From contig JAODGL010000021.1 in NCBI GenBank assembly GCA_025464585.1, positions 7,876 through 58,392 on the forward strand: a stretch of 50,517 bases of DNA. Direction: 5' to 3'. Source of the DNA: Methanosarcinales archaeon. GTDB taxonomy: Archaea > Halobacteriota > Syntropharchaeia > Alkanophagales > Methanospirareceae. The position numbers and the translations under genes are program-made. The notes under the pieces were generated by a model. That model ran no database searches. It saw nothing but the letters and a program-made list of their open reading frames with translations, and was not told the origin of the DNA. Shown one piece after another: positions 20,173 through 30,142 of the stretch (the first letter of the stretch is position 1; each line of letters starts with the position of its first letter).

Positions 20173-20268
20173 ATACCCGCAAAGAATACTTTTATTATAT
20201 GTACGGAACATTTTATCTTTCATTCACATCGAAATTGTTGAAAAGATAATGTGGGGTAGAGAAAAAAT

Positions 20269-21486
20269 ATGGGAAACCTGTTCGAGGATTTGATATGCGA
20301 AGGCAAGATATTTGCAAATAGAGAGGTGCTACGCCCTACTTATATTCCCGAGAGTCTGCCACATCGTGAGAAGCAGATAAAAGGTTTAGCAACTGCGCTA
20401 TCGGCGGCGTTAAAAGGAGAAACACCTTCCAACATATTGATCTACGGTAAGACTGGAACGGGTAAGACCGCTACGGTGAAATATGTGAGCAAGGAATTAG
20501 AAGAGATGAGCGAGAAGCGAGGAAGTAAATGCTCACCGATATACATCAACAGCGAGGTGTTTGATACACAGTATCGGGTTTTTGCTTATCTCGCAAGGGT
20601 GTTCAATAAGCAAGTTCCAATGATAGGATGGCCAACGGATATGGTGTATTCAGAGTTCAAGACCGGGATAGATACCGAAGATAGATGCGTAATTGTGATA
20701 TTGGATGAGGTGGACAGGTTAGCGAGCAAAGGAGACGGAGCTTTGTATAACCTCTCAAGGATAAACAGCGAGCTGAACCATGCAAAAGTAAGCATGATCG
20801 GCATTTCAAATGACCTGACTTTTACGGAGCTCTTGGACCAAAGGGTTCAGTCGTCGTTGGGCGAAGAAGAGATAATATTTCCGCCTTACGATGCCGCTCA
20901 GTTGCAGGACATCTTGGGTGAGAGGGCGGAGATAGCGTTCAAAGAATCTGTGATAGACGATGCAGTGATACCGTTATGTGCAGCTTTAGCTGCCCAGGAA
21001 CATGGAGATGCAAGGCGTGCTCTCGACCTGCTGCGTGTATCAGGAGAAATTGCAGAGCGCACAAAATCCGATATGGTAACTGAGGAACATGTGAGGCTTG
21101 CAAGTGAAAAGATAGAAGCGAATAAGATTGTTGAAGTGGTAAAAACGCTACCGTTGCAATCTAAGATCGTGTTAAGCAGTGTGCTCCTGCTACACCGTGA
21201 AAGAAACAAGCGACGGTTCTCCAGCGGCGAGGTCTATAATATGTACCGGAGATTATGCAGTCATCTGGGCATGGAAGCGTTAACGCAGCGACGTGTTACC
21301 GATTTTGTCTCGGAGCTGGACATTTTGGGATTGATAAATGCGGTGATAGTAAGCAAAGGGCGATATGGACGTACAAAGGAGATTTCATTAAGTGTGCCGG
21401 TCGAGAGTGTACAGCCTATCCTGCTTGAAGACTATAAGCTTAAAGCAATATCTAATATCAGAGTAAAAGCACAGATAACATTGTAG
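20269..21486 (+). CDS. cdc6: Orc1/Cdc6 replication initiator
   Basis: The LPHREKQI start motif, Walker A GKTGTGKT, Walker B ILDEVD and the winged-helix C-terminus. Length is 405 aa. Confidence 0.95.
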   Translation: MGNLFEDLICEGKIFANREVLRPTYIPESLPHREKQIKGLATALSAALKGETPSNILIYGKTGTGKTATVKYVSKELEEMSEKRGSKCSPIYINSEVFDTQYRVFAYLARVFNKQVPMIGWPTDMVYSEFKTGIDTEDRCVIVILDEVDRLASKGDGALYNLSRINSELNHAKVSMIGISNDLTFTELLDQRVQSSLGEEEIIFPPYDAAQLQDILGERAEIAFKESVIDDAVIPLCAALAAQEHGDARRALDLLRVSGEIAERTKSDMVTEEHVRLASEKIEANKIVEVVKTLPLQSKIVLSSVLLLHRERNKRRFSSGEVYNMYRRLCSHLGMEALTQRRVTDFVSELDILGLINAVIVSKGRYGRTKEISLSVPVESVQPILLEDYKLKAISNIRVKAQITL

Positions 21487-21497
21487 GGGGATGAAAG

Positions 21498-21899
21498 ATG
21501 AGTGAGGAAGAAGAAAAAGGGAAAGGAAAGGAAAAGTCAATATATGTCAAGTTTGAGACGCCGGAAGATTTGCAAAGGAAGTCGTTAGAGGCTTTAGACA
21601 TGGCAAGGACTACGGGCAGCATAAAGAAGGGGACAAATGAAACCACAAAAATCGTAGAAAGGGGAATGGCAAAGTTAGTGCTGATTGGTGAGGACGTAAA
21701 TCCTGAGGAGATAGTAATGCATCTTCCACCATTATGCGAAGAAAAAAGCACCCCTTACCTGTACGTAAAAACGCAGAAAGATTTAGGGTCTGCTTGTGGT
21801 ATAAACAAAGGTTGTGCCTCTGCTGCCATCGTTGACCCCGGAAAAGCAGGAGAAGTGATTGCAGGGATTATAGCGGAACTGGAGAAACTAAAAAGGTAG
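21498..21899 (+). CDS. rpl7ae: 50S ribosomal protein L7Ae (K-turn binding)
   Basis: [42 protein letters not shown] is the classic L7Ae core. Confidence 0.95.
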   Translation: MSEEEEKGKGKEKSIYVKFETPEDLQRKSLEALDMARTTGSIKKGTNETTKIVERGMAKLVLIGEDVNPEEIVMHLPPLCEEKSTPYLYVKTQKDLGSACGINKGCASAAIVDPGKAGEVIAGIIAELEKLKR

Positions 21900-21918
21900 C
21901 ATAAGGAGGAGCGCGCGT

Positions 21919-22131
21919 ATGAGCGAAGAGAAGGGAACACCTGCTGAGGTAATAGAAATAGTAGGCAGGACAGGGATGCATGGCGAATCCACGCAGATAA
22001 GATGTAAGGTACTGGAAGGGCAGAATAAAGGGAGAATAATAACGAGGAATTGTAGAGGTCCTGTAAGAATAGGCGATATTATTGTATTGCTGGAGACAGA
22101 TAGAGAAGTGAGGAAATTATTCAGGAGATGA
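21919..22131 (+). CDS. rps28e: 30S ribosomal protein S28e
   Basis: 70 aa, with [24 protein letters not shown]...[12 protein letters not shown]. Confidence 0.9.
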   Translation: MSEEKGTPAEVIEIVGRTGMHGESTQIRCKVLEGQNKGRIITRNCRGPVRIGDIIVLLETDREVRKLFRR

Positions 22132-22137
22132 TTTTAG

Positions 22138-22329
22138 ATGGAGAAGAAATGCTCTTTTTGTGATTCGCCAATAGAGCCGGGTCGAGGGAAGATGTATGTA
22201 AAACGCGATGGAGCAGTTTTTTATTTCTGCAGTTCCAAGTGTGAACGCAATATGATAAAGCTGGGGAGAAAAAGAAGAAAGGTAAAGTGGACTACGGGTG
22301 CGAAAGCGAAAAAAACGGTGAGTTATTAA
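22138..22329 (+). CDS. rpl24e: 50S ribosomal protein L24e
   Basis: 63 aa, with a zinc-ribbon start [13 protein letters not shown] and FCSSKCERN. Confidence 0.9.
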   Translation: MEKKCSFCDSPIEPGRGKMYVKRDGAVFYFCSSKCERNMIKLGRKRRKVKWTTGAKAKKTVSY

Positions 22330-22343
22330 AGGCTGAAGGAACG

Positions 22344-22763
22344 ATGAAAAAAGAGCGGACTTTCTTGATGATAAAGCCAGAAGGAGTGGAGCGAGGTCTT
22401 ATAGGAGAAATAATAGGGCGATTTGAAAGAAAGGGATTTAAGATAATCGCGCTGAAGCTTCTAAAGATAAGCAGAGAGGTGGCAGAGAAGCAATATGAGG
22501 AACATCGCGGAAAAGACTTTTTCGAGGGGTTGGTTTCCTACATCTCCTCTGCTCCAACGGTATCAATGGTGATCGAAGGAGAGAATGCAATTGCAGCCGC
22601 GAGGGAAATGGCAGGAGTTACGAATCCAGAACTTGCAAAGCCAGGGACCATAAGAGGTGACTATGGCATAGACGTTCAGCGGAATATAATACATGCATCG
22701 GATTCTGAAGAATCAGCGAAGCGAGAAATATCTATTCACTTTGGGAATCTCGACTCCTTTTAG
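22344..22763 (+). CDS. ndk: Nucleoside diphosphate kinase
   Basis: [25 protein letters not shown] and NIIHASDS (active-site His). The start was moved to the ATG at 22344. Confidence 0.95.
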   Translation: MKKERTFLMIKPEGVERGLIGEIIGRFERKGFKIIALKLLKISREVAEKQYEEHRGKDFFEGLVSYISSAPTVSMVIEGENAIAAAREMAGVTNPELAKPGTIRGDYGIDVQRNIIHASDSEESAKREISIHFGNLDSF

Positions 22764-23602
22764 TAAACCTTACTTAAATCAAGACCTCTCTTCAACGCCT
22801 CAAGTATGATTTTCGACGTTCCCTTTTCCATCTTTATCTCAAGCCCAAATTCCTTAGCGAACTTTTCAACCGTCTTTGAATATTCGCTGTCTTTCTCATC
22901 AGCTTCGGAATAGCATATCTTCACAACCCTTCGGTAATGGTTCCGCATGAGTTTTATTATCTGCGGTGTGTCAGCAGTAGCACTTCTGTTCATCTTCCCT
23001 GCGATAATACCAATAGTTGATTCCAGGATTACCTGCGGCTCCTTTATGATTGATGCCCCCGCAGGGGTCATGAAAAAGGTTCCTATTTCTTCTCGTAGCA
23101 ACTCCCGAACCCGCTCCCTGCCAAGCGCAATCTCTATGCAATTGTTCAATAATTCCCCCCTTTTGTCTCTCGGGACCACCACGGGCACATCTGCTTCTTT
23201 GATTACTCTTTCCATCTCGCTTGCTGTACTCCCGCACAACCCGTATCCCAATAAAACGAAATTAACTATGGGACTCATCTTTTTTATGCCCTCCTCAATC
23301 TCTAACAATAGTTTATCAGGGCAGTCATGCATTCTCAACTCCATCACTTTGATAATCAGTGCATTCCTGATACCATATTCACGAATTTCCTTCTCTATCT
23401 GCGTAATCGTCTTTTCTTTTATTTTTATATCGCTTTCAGCCAGCTCGCTCAAAAACCTCTTGTTTACCCTTCTACTTAGTGCATTTATCGCTGGATTGCT
23501 TGTCTCATGCAGCACAAAAAATACTTTATCCACCCCTGTTCTTTCGATTGCTTCTTTTATCTCTCTTCTTAAAATCTCACATGTGATAATCCCGATGCGC
23601 AT
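22760..23602 (-). CDS. DUF1638-like protein
   Basis: The N-terminal [13 protein letters not shown] pattern and the 280-aa size resemble DUF1638 proteins of methanogens. The function is unknown. Confidence 0.45.
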   Translation of the reverse strand: MRIGIITCEILRREIKEAIERTGVDKVFFVLHETSNPAINALSRRVNKRFLSELAESDIKIKEKTITQIEKEIREYGIRNALIIKVMELRMHDCPDKLLLEIEEGIKKMSPIVNFVLLGYGLCGSTASEMERVIKEADVPVVVPRDKRGELLNNCIEIALGRERVRELLREEIGTFFMTPAGASIIKEPQVILESTIGIIAGKMNRSATADTPQIIKLMRNHYRRVVKICYSEADEKDSEYSKTVEKFAKEFGLEIKMEKGTSKIILEALKRGLDLSKVY

Positions 23603-23668
23603 TATTTTCTTTTCAAAGTCATTATAATCTCATAAGCCCCAAAGTGAACCAGAGAAAAAGTGGGAGGT

Positions 23669-24178
23669 TTATTCCACCAATTCTACTCCATATTCCTTTT
23701 CGAGAAATGCCATACCCTCCTCTTTGCTTATCCTTTGCTTACCTGGCAGCTTCTTTCTTTCTATTCTCCTCTCTTTTATTCGATACCCCGGTCTTTTTAA
23801 CGAAACGGAAACATCCATTCCATATATTCCTACTTCAGGGTCGTAACGGATGCCAAAGTCCGTGTGTTCGGCGATGCCAAAAGAGAAATTGCCATAGGTG
23901 TCAAATTGACTCATAAGGAGTTTATTCTGTATTTTAAAACATCGTTTGAGGAATTCTTTTGCTCGTTCCCGTCTCAGCGTGACTTTACAGGCAATAGCTT
24001 CGCCTTTTTTTATACCAAGAGGTTGTATGGTTCTTTTAGCCAGTCGCTTAATCGGTTTTTGACCTGTAATGCGTTCTAAAATCTTCTCCGCTTTTACTAA
24101 CTTCTCTCCACTCTCCCCTACTCCCATATTTATCACTACTTTATCGACCTCTATTCTTCTCATCGGATTTGCAGTCAT
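23669..24178 (-). CDS. rpl5: 50S ribosomal protein L5 (uL5)
   Basis: NPMRRIEVDKVVINMGVGESG and GNFSFGIAEHTDF motifs. Length is 169 aa. Confidence 0.9.
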   Translation of the reverse strand: MTANPMRRIEVDKVVINMGVGESGEKLVKAEKILERITGQKPIKRLAKRTIQPLGIKKGEAIACKVTLRRERAKEFLKRCFKIQNKLLMSQFDTYGNFSFGIAEHTDFGIRYDPEVGIYGMDVSVSLKRPGYRIKERRIERKKLPGKQRISKEEGMAFLEKEYGVELVE

Positions 24179-24258
24179 TTTTTTCTCTCCCTTTCGTATA
24201 CTATCTACCTTTTTACAAAGTTTGTTTTGGTCATCAGGATTTTGGTTTTAGGATTTAT

Positions 24259-24972
24259 TTAAACCCCTGGTATTTCTATTTTTTCCTCCCCCACCACAAA
24301 GACATAATCATCTAAGGTCTCGAATTCACCTTCCGGGAGTTTTATCTTTACCACATTTGACTCCGGACTTTGCAATATTCTTATCTCCTCTATTTCACCG
24401 ATTTGAGCAGAATGTTTACCGCCTATCACCATCACCTTACTCCCTTCTTTATATGAAAAATGCTGCAAGATTTCGGGATCAGAAAGGGAGAGCATCAATG
24501 AATCCTTTGTTTTTATCTTATCCGCAAGCTCTTCTCCTAAAAGAATGTTCCTGCCATCATGCAGGTTCAATTGTGTCTGTCCTCCTTTTAGCATTCTCTT
24601 CCCGTTCACACGACACAGTTTCCTGGACGCTTCTTCCTGCCCTATCTTCATCAGCGATAATTTCCCCTTTTTGTCTATCAGAACCATATAATTCTCTTTA
24701 ATGCGAGGAATGGAAAGGATGTCAAAGATGCCAACCGGGAACTTCAGGTCTTTTCTCACTCTTCCATTGACGATCACCTCTCCTTCATTCAATATCCTTT
24801 TCGCTTCCTTGCTATTATCCGCTAACTTCAACATGTCCCTTATGAACAAGAGCAAAGGCATGCTTCTATCCCCTGGATGCGGTCCTGGTCTGGGTTTTAC
24901 TGTCCAGTAGGCGGTTTTCCTTTCTATTCGCCAGCTACGTGGCGCCTCTATCCTCTTTTGATGTTTTCCCAT
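24259..24972 (-). CDS. rps4e: 30S ribosomal protein S4e
   Basis: GKHQKRIEAPRSWRIERK...WTVKPRPGPH is the canonical S4e N-terminus. Length is 237 aa. Confidence 0.9.
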   Translation of the reverse strand: MGKHQKRIEAPRSWRIERKTAYWTVKPRPGPHPGDRSMPLLLFIRDMLKLADNSKEAKRILNEGEVIVNGRVRKDLKFPVGIFDILSIPRIKENYMVLIDKKGKLSLMKIGQEEASRKLCRVNGKRMLKGGQTQLNLHDGRNILLGEELADKIKTKDSLMLSLSDPEILQHFSYKEGSKVMVIGGKHSAQIGEIEEIRILQSPESNVVKIKLPEGEFETLDDYVFVVGEEKIEIPGV

Positions 24973-25048
24973 CTCTCTTCACTTGTTCTCTTTACACTTT
25001 CTCTTTTTAGAAAAAAGAACCTGTGCTAAAAGAAAAACTGTTTCTTCG

Positions 25049-25079
25049 ATAAAACTTTCTTTGTGAAAGAAAGTTTTAT
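25049..25079 (-). terminator. Perfect 14-bp inverted repeat with a 3-nt loop spanning the cdc48 stop codon. On the minus strand it is followed by T-rich sequence.
   Basis: ATAAAACTTTCTTT-GTG-AAAGAAAGTTTTAT as read directly. Downstream on the minus strand is CAGTTTTTCTTTT. It may be an intrinsic terminator or an RNA-stability hairpin. Confidence 0.4.
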
Positions 25080-28000
25080 GCATAAGCGTATTTCACGAAA
25101 TCCTCCGCCTTTTCTGCGAATTTCTCTTGCTCTTTAGGTGTTACAGTCGGTCTTACGCTCTTAATCGCGGTTTCGAAATGCTTCTTCTTTATTACTATGT
25201 TCTTAATCGCTTCTTTCACGTGCTCCTCACTTATTCCCGAGGTGATAAACTCGCGTAAAGCACTCATCACCGCTTCTTTAACAATTCCCGCTATATCAGC
25301 TCCGACATATCCATCCGTTCTTTGCGCAAGTTCTTCTATATCTACGTCCTCTCCTATCGGCTTTCCTCTCAGATGAACCTCAAATATTCTCTTCCTCTCC
25401 TCCTTATCAGGCGGTTGTATATAAATCAGCCGGTCAAGCCGCCCGGGTCTTAGCAAAGCGGGGTCCACCATGTCTGGTCGGTTTGTCGCTGCTATGGTAA
25501 TCACATCTTTTAGCTCCTCCAATCCATCCATCGCGGTCAACATCTGTGATACCACTCGCTCCGTTACATGCGAGTCATAGCCTCCTCCTCTCACCGGTGC
25601 AATTGAATCTATTTCATCGAGGAAGATAATACAGGGTGCTGCTTGTTTCGCTTTCCTGAAAATCTCGCGAACCGCCTTCTCACTGTTATGTGCAAATATA
25701 CCACCGAATCCCGCTAAGAAACTCTCCGTTGGATTGACTGAAATATCGTACACCTGTTCATCGCCGGTTTCCACATCCCTTATCTGCACGACCTTATCAA
25801 AGCGTATATCCCCCTCGACTATATGCCAGTAATTCCTGTATTTTTCCTTTCCGGGGTCGATTTTTTCCAATATTCCCTTTAATATGTTTCTACCTATGGT
25901 TTTCGAGTTCTTCCATTCACCCTTCACCTCAGCTACTAATTCTTTCAATTCGCCTTTTAACGGTATCTGATCGCTCCTTGGCCATTTTTTTGCGCTGATG
26001 TAATCATCTATTTTTCTTTCTCTTCGGGAGTCAATAAACCCAATATCTTTGAATCGCTTGAAATTCTCCACTCCCATGAATTCCACAGAATAAGAGACAT
26101 TTTCATTCTTCTCCTTTTTCTCTCTAACCTTCGCAACTATTCCGAACTCGAGTAGCATATAAAGGATGTCATTTGCCAGTTTTTTACTCTCCGTGCTGCA
26201 TCCAATGAGATAACGATGCGAATTACCGTGAATAAAACCGTCACCGCTATGATACCCCCTGAGGAAAGCCCCTTTTAGTGTTTTCGGTAGCGACCATATA
26301 ATATCCGGGACTCCTTTATTCTTTGCTCCTCCTCTGATGGATAAAACTTTCTCCATGAATAACCTGAAAATCTTCGAGTTTATTATCAGCCAATCTTCGC
26401 CTCTCGACACATTCAATCCCAATCGCTTGCAAGAATCGAAGACATCTCTCAAAATTGCTTCATTCGCATTGCTTATCCGGACAGAATAGGGTTGATAGTC
26501 CCCTTCGGCAATCCAAAGACCTATAAGCTTGCATATATCCTCATTTATATGAAATAAAGCAGGGAAAGTATTTTTACTTCCACGAATTGAAAGACGTAAT
26601 TTGTTTTTATCATATTTTATTCCTGCTGCTTGCATCAATTTACAGAAATTTGATGCTTCCAATGGTATTCCCTTCGAGACTATATCATGAAGATATTTCT
26701 TTGATATACTCAATAGCCTTGAAGCTTCTTCATACCCTGTTTTTTTAATTCCCTTCTTTATATAATCCTCACCCCCTCTTATGTATATCCCTTCTTCGTC
26801 TTTTAATGCCTCCAACACGTCTATTTCATCTTTTCGAGAAGCAAAAGATGGGATAGACCCTGGTATAACCACGTAACTTATCCCTTCTTTTAATTCCCCT
26901 GCTCTCACACTTATTATCTCCTTTCCGTCGAATGAGAAGAGTGAATGGTCGGTGGTAACTCTTATTTTCCTGCCTGTTGCTGTTTTTATCTCTTTTATTC
27001 CCTTCCGCAGGGGATGCTTTATATAATCCTTTACGCTTGAATATCTCACTTTACCGTGTTCGTCGAATGTCATTACCTTCACTTCCTTTTCTTTGTTCAC
27101 CACCTCATCAATTGCCATCCTCTTCACTAATTCGTTTTCTAAAACAAAAAGCTCCTCTCCTCCGGGTAAAGACTCCCCAACCCATTTTGATAACAGTTCC
27201 GGTCCTTTGATCGAGATGAAATTCGCTTCGGTCGCATTCGCTACCGCCTTCACCAACATTGTCTTTCCAGTACCCGGCGGTCCAAACAGGAGGATACCTT
27301 TTGGTGGTTTTGTCTTCAGCCTGTCAAAGGTCTCCGGATATTTAAGTGGCCATTCCACAACTTCTTTTAATTCCTGTTTCGCATGCTCTAAACCCCCTAT
27401 GTCATCCCACTTCACATTCGGCACTTCTACAAAGACTTCGCGTAGCGCAGAGGGTTCTGTACTCTTCAACGCTTCACTGAAATCTTCTTTTGTAACCTTC
27501 AGCTTTTCCATCACTTCCGGTGGTATCTCCTTCTCTATGTCTATCTCTGGTAGGATTTTTCGTAGTGCATGCATCGCTGCTTCTTTACATAATGAAGCGA
27601 GGTCTGCTCCAACAAATCCATGCGTGAGGTCTGCAAGTTCCTTAAGATTTACGTCCTCTGCCAGGGGCATCCCCCTCGTATGCACCTGTAATATCTCTTC
27701 ACGACCATCCCTGTTCGGAATGCCTATTTCTATCTCACGGTCAAAGCGACCCCCTCTTCGTAATGCCTCATCCAGTGCGTTCACTCTATTGGTTGCGCCA
27801 ACTACCACTACCTGCCCTCTTGATTCCAGCCCATCCATCAAAGAAAGGAGCTGAGCTACTACTCTTCTTTCCACTTCCCCTGTCGTCTCGCCTCTCTTCG
27901 GCGCAATGGAATCCAATTCATCGATAAAGATAATAGAAGGTGCGTTTTTTCCCGCTTCCTCAAATATATCACGCAGATGCTTCTCACTTTCTCCATAAAA

Positions 28001-28783
28001 CTTGCTCATTATCTCGGGACCGGAGATAGAATAGAAATTGGCATCGGTCTCAGTAGCCACTGCTTTTGCTATTAATGTCTTTCCAGTACCCGGCGGTCCG
28101 TGCAAGAGAACGCCTTTTGGAGGGTCTATCCCTAATCGCTCGAATAGTTCTGGATGTCTCAGCGGCAGTTCTATCATCTCCCTTATCATCCCTATCTCAC
28201 GCTTTAATCCGCCAATGTCCTCATAAGTCACGTGAGGAACACCTATCGCCTCTTCTCTCGGCTTACGAAGCACAATCTCAGTATCTATTTGTGGTATTAC
28301 TGTGCCTAAAGGGACGGTATTGGTAACGACGAAAGTAATAGGATTGCCAAGCATCTCTACTCTTATGATCTGTCCTTTTGTAATTGGGCGTCCTTTCAAT
28401 ATCCTCGCGATGTATCTCTCGCCGCCTGCGATTCTTACAGGCTGTGTAGGCTCAAGCGTAACTCTTTTTGCTTCTTTCACCTTCGTCTTCCTTACGCGCA
28501 CGCGGTCATCAATAGCAACGCCGGCATTACCCCTTATGTTCCCATCTATGCGTATTATTGATTTATTGCTGTCAGGAGAATAGCCAGGCCATACAATAGC
28601 AGTAGCAATATTCTTACCCTCTATTTCTATTACATCTCCGCTTACAACACCGAGTTTACGCATCGTCTCGGTATCTATCCTCGCTATTCCTCTGCCAGCA
28701 TCTCGGTGATACGCCTCTGCTACTCTCAATACTGCCGTCTTCTCTTCTTCGTCTCCATCATCGTCTTTCCCTTTACCTTTCAT
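25076..28783 (-). CDS. cdc48: Cdc48/VCP-type AAA+ ATPase (double-psi N-domain, D1, D2) interrupted by an intein. The start is set at MKGKGKDDD.
   Basis: Two GPPGTGKT Walker A motifs and two DE(L/I)D Walker B motifs, plus the N-domain [19 protein letters not shown]. The host protein is about 739 aa once the 496-aa insert is removed. The upstream 72 codons of the track ORF are a spurious extension. Confidence 0.95.
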   Translation of the reverse strand: MKGKGKDDDGDEEEKTAVLRVAEAYHRDAGRGIARIDTETMRKLGVVSGDVIEIEGKNIATAIVWPGYSPDSNKSIIRIDGNIRGNAGVAIDDRVRVRKTKVKEAKRVTLEPTQPVRIAGGERYIARILKGRPITKGQIIRVEMLGNPITFVVTNTVPLGTVIPQIDTEIVLRKPREEAIGVPHVTYEDIGGLKREIGMIREMIELPLRHPELFERLGIDPPKGVLLHGPPGTGKTLIAKAVATETDANFYSISGPEIMSKFYGESEKHLRDIFEEAGKNAPSIIFIDELDSIAPKRGETTGEVERRVVAQLLSLMDGLESRGQVVVVGATNRVNALDEALRRGGRFDREIEIGIPNRDGREEILQVHTRGMPLAEDVNLKELADLTHGFVGADLASLCKEAAMHALRKILPEIDIEKEIPPEVMEKLKVTKEDFSEALKSTEPSALREVFVEVPNVKWDDIGGLEHAKQELKEVVEWPLKYPETFDRLKTKPPKGILLFGPPGTGKTMLVKAVANATEANFISIKGPELLSKWVGESLPGGEELFVLENELVKRMAIDEVVNKEKEVKVMTFDEHGKVRYSSVKDYIKHPLRKGIKEIKTATGRKIRVTTDHSLFSFDGKEIISVRAGELKEGISYVVIPGSIPSFASRKDEIDVLEALKDEEGIYIRGGEDYIKKGIKKTGYEEASRLLSISKKYLHDIVSKGIPLEASNFCKLMQAAGIKYDKNKLRLSIRGSKNTFPALFHINEDICKLIGLWIAEGDYQPYSVRISNANEAILRDVFDSCKRLGLNVSRGEDWLIINSKIFRLFMEKVLSIRGGAKNKGVPDIIWSLPKTLKGAFLRGYHSGDGFIHGNSHRYLIGCSTESKKLANDILYMLLEFGIVAKVREKKEKNENVSYSVEFMGVENFKRFKDIGFIDSRRERKIDDYISAKKWPRSDQIPLKGELKELVAEVKGEWKNSKTIGRNILKGILEKIDPGKEKYRNYWHIVEGDIRFDKVVQIRDVETGDEQVYDISVNPTESFLAGFGGIFAHNSEKAVREIFRKAKQAAPCIIFLDEIDSIAPVRGGGYDSHVTERVVSQMLTAMDGLEELKDVITIAATNRPDMVDPALLRPGRLDRLIYIQPPDKEERKRIFEVHLRGKPIGEDVDIEELAQRTDGYVGADIAGIVKEAVMSALREFITSGISEEHVKEAIKNIVIKKKHFETAIKSVRPTVTPKEQEKFAEKAEDFVKYAYA
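25685..27172 (-). mobile_element. Intein (496 aa, Ser1 ... His-Asn / +1 Ser) with a LAGLIDADG homing-endonuclease domain, inserted in the Cdc48 D2 domain
   Basis: The host sequence KWVGE|SEKAVREIF is split by [13 protein letters not shown]...GGIFAHN|S. Block B is VTTDHSLF. Block F/G is [23 protein letters not shown]. The LAGLIDADG motifs are [11 protein letters not shown] and [12 protein letters not shown]. Confidence 0.85.
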
Positions 28784-28863
28784 CTCCCTTTCGCCCCCTT
28801 CTCTAATGAACAATAGAGTAACTAAATTATAAACATTTTGTTGTAATATAATAATAAGAAAAA

Positions 28864-29691
28864 GTGATAGCGGAAAATAGCCTGAAAATAGCAGTTGCAG
28901 GTAAAGGTGGCGTGGGTAAAACAACCATTGCAGGCACGCTTGCTCGTCTTTTTGCAAGAGATGGGCATAGTGTAATCGCAGTAGACGCCGACCCTGCAAT
29001 GAACTTGAAATTTGCTCTGGGCATAAAGGATAACCCTACACCAGTATCAGAATTGAAAGACTTGATTTTCGAGCGGACGGGTGCTTACACCGGGACTGGC
29101 ATCTACAAACTAAATCCGAGGGTGGATGATATAATCGAGGGCTATGGTGCAACAGGACCGGATGGCGTAACATTGCTGGTAATGGGGACGATAGAGAAAG
29201 GGGGGAGTGGATGTATATGCCCTGAGAATGCATTTCTTCGCTCCTTGTTGCGGCATATCTTATTCAAAAGAAATACGGTTATAATGGATATGGAAGCAGG
29301 GATAGAGCATTTAGGTAGAGGAACCGCAAAAGGGGTTGACTTGATGCTTACCGTAGTAGAGCCCGGGATGAGGTCTGTGGAGACGGTAGGCAGAATAAAG
29401 AAGCTTGGTGAGGATATTGGTATAAATAACATAATGGCAGTGGTAAATAAAGTTACGGATTCAGAGATGGTAAAGAAGGTGGAAATTAAATTGGCAGAGA
29501 TGAACATTCCTCTGCTGGAAATCATTCCCTATGAGCAATCATTGATAGAAGCAGATATGGAGGGTATAGCACCGTTAGATATAGGTGGCGAGCCAGAAGC
29601 TGTTGAGCATATAAAGATGCTAAAAGAGAAGATTTTGAGTTGTTCTTGTGCTGAAACCGAAAGTTTTATTAAGCCACAACATACTACCTGA
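28864..29691 (+). CDS. cooC: CooC-type nickel-insertion ATPase (CODH/ACS maturation factor, MinD/Mrp family)
   Basis: A deviant Walker A VAGKGGVGKTT and the CooC-specific GGSGCICPEN Cys-x-Cys motif. It uses a GTG start. Confidence 0.75.
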   Translation: MIAENSLKIAVAGKGGVGKTTIAGTLARLFARDGHSVIAVDADPAMNLKFALGIKDNPTPVSELKDLIFERTGAYTGTGIYKLNPRVDDIIEGYGATGPDGVTLLVMGTIEKGGSGCICPENAFLRSLLRHILFKRNTVIMDMEAGIEHLGRGTAKGVDLMLTVVEPGMRSVETVGRIKKLGEDIGINNIMAVVNKVTDSEMVKKVEIKLAEMNIPLLEIIPYEQSLIEADMEGIAPLDIGGEPEAVEHIKMLKEKILSCSCAETESFIKPQHTT

Positions 29692-29698
29692 AATAAAA

Positions 29699-30040
29699 AT
29701 GAACGTTAAAAGAATAGCAATCGCAACCACGATAGGATTGTTATGCGGGCTGTATTGCGCTTACGCCGCGAGTCAGATGGAGAATCCAGCCACAGGAGCA
29801 CCATTTGGTATCTTTATACTGCTGTCTATTGTGTATAACAGGGCATTAATCGGGTTTGTAATTGGAATTGCAGACGGCATAAACTTGCATCCAGTCCTAC
29901 GCGGTGCGATTTTAGGTGCAATCGTAAGTTTTGCTATGACCATCCCCGCATTTGAACAAGGCACAGGTGCGCTAATACTGGTTCCGTTCGGTGTTGTGTA
30001 TGGAATCATTGCTGACTTCGTGGCAACTAAGTTTTCGTAA
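29699..30040 (+). CDS. Small integral membrane protein of unknown function, about 4 TM segments
   Basis: 113 aa and strongly hydrophobic (IAIATTIGLLCGLYCAYAA...). It starts 8 nt after the cooC stop. Confidence 0.4.
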   Translation: MNVKRIAIATTIGLLCGLYCAYAASQMENPATGAPFGIFILLSIVYNRALIGFVIGIADGINLHPVLRGAILGAIVSFAMTIPAFEQGTGALILVPFGVVYGIIADFVATKFS

Positions 30041-30142
30041 AGTAGCTATATAAAACATCATTGCTTTACATTCTCGTCTAAATTGCCTTCAACGCATCGC
30101 ATATCCACAAAATCGGAGATAGCCCTTTTTGAACAATAATCG

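Noticed and set aside
20229-20241. Second ORB-like box TTCACATCGAAAT
   Set aside because: Only about 7 of 13 positions agree with the box at 20160-20172. That is too weak to count as an independent ORB, so it is mentioned only as context in the origin finding.
21480-21530. Possible K-turn autoregulatory element in the L7Ae 5' region (GGGGATGAAAGATGAGTGAGG)
   Set aside because: Tandem GA motifs are present. I could not draw a convincing C-stem, 3-nt bulge and NC-stem, and the leader is only 11 nt after the orc1 stop. The evidence is insufficient.
27093-27854. 253-aa plus-strand ORF, and other plus-strand ORFs between 26977 and 28583
   Set aside because: They are antisense to the Cdc48 coding sequence. 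Their composition is typical of reverse-frame translation of a conserved gene.
28784-28999. 72-codon N-terminal extension of the track's 1307-aa Cdc48 ORF
   Set aside because: The extension is hydrophobic nonsense that crosses the AT-rich divergent promoter region and overlaps the cooC start. The conserved Cdc48 N-domain begins right after MKGKGKDDD at 28783.
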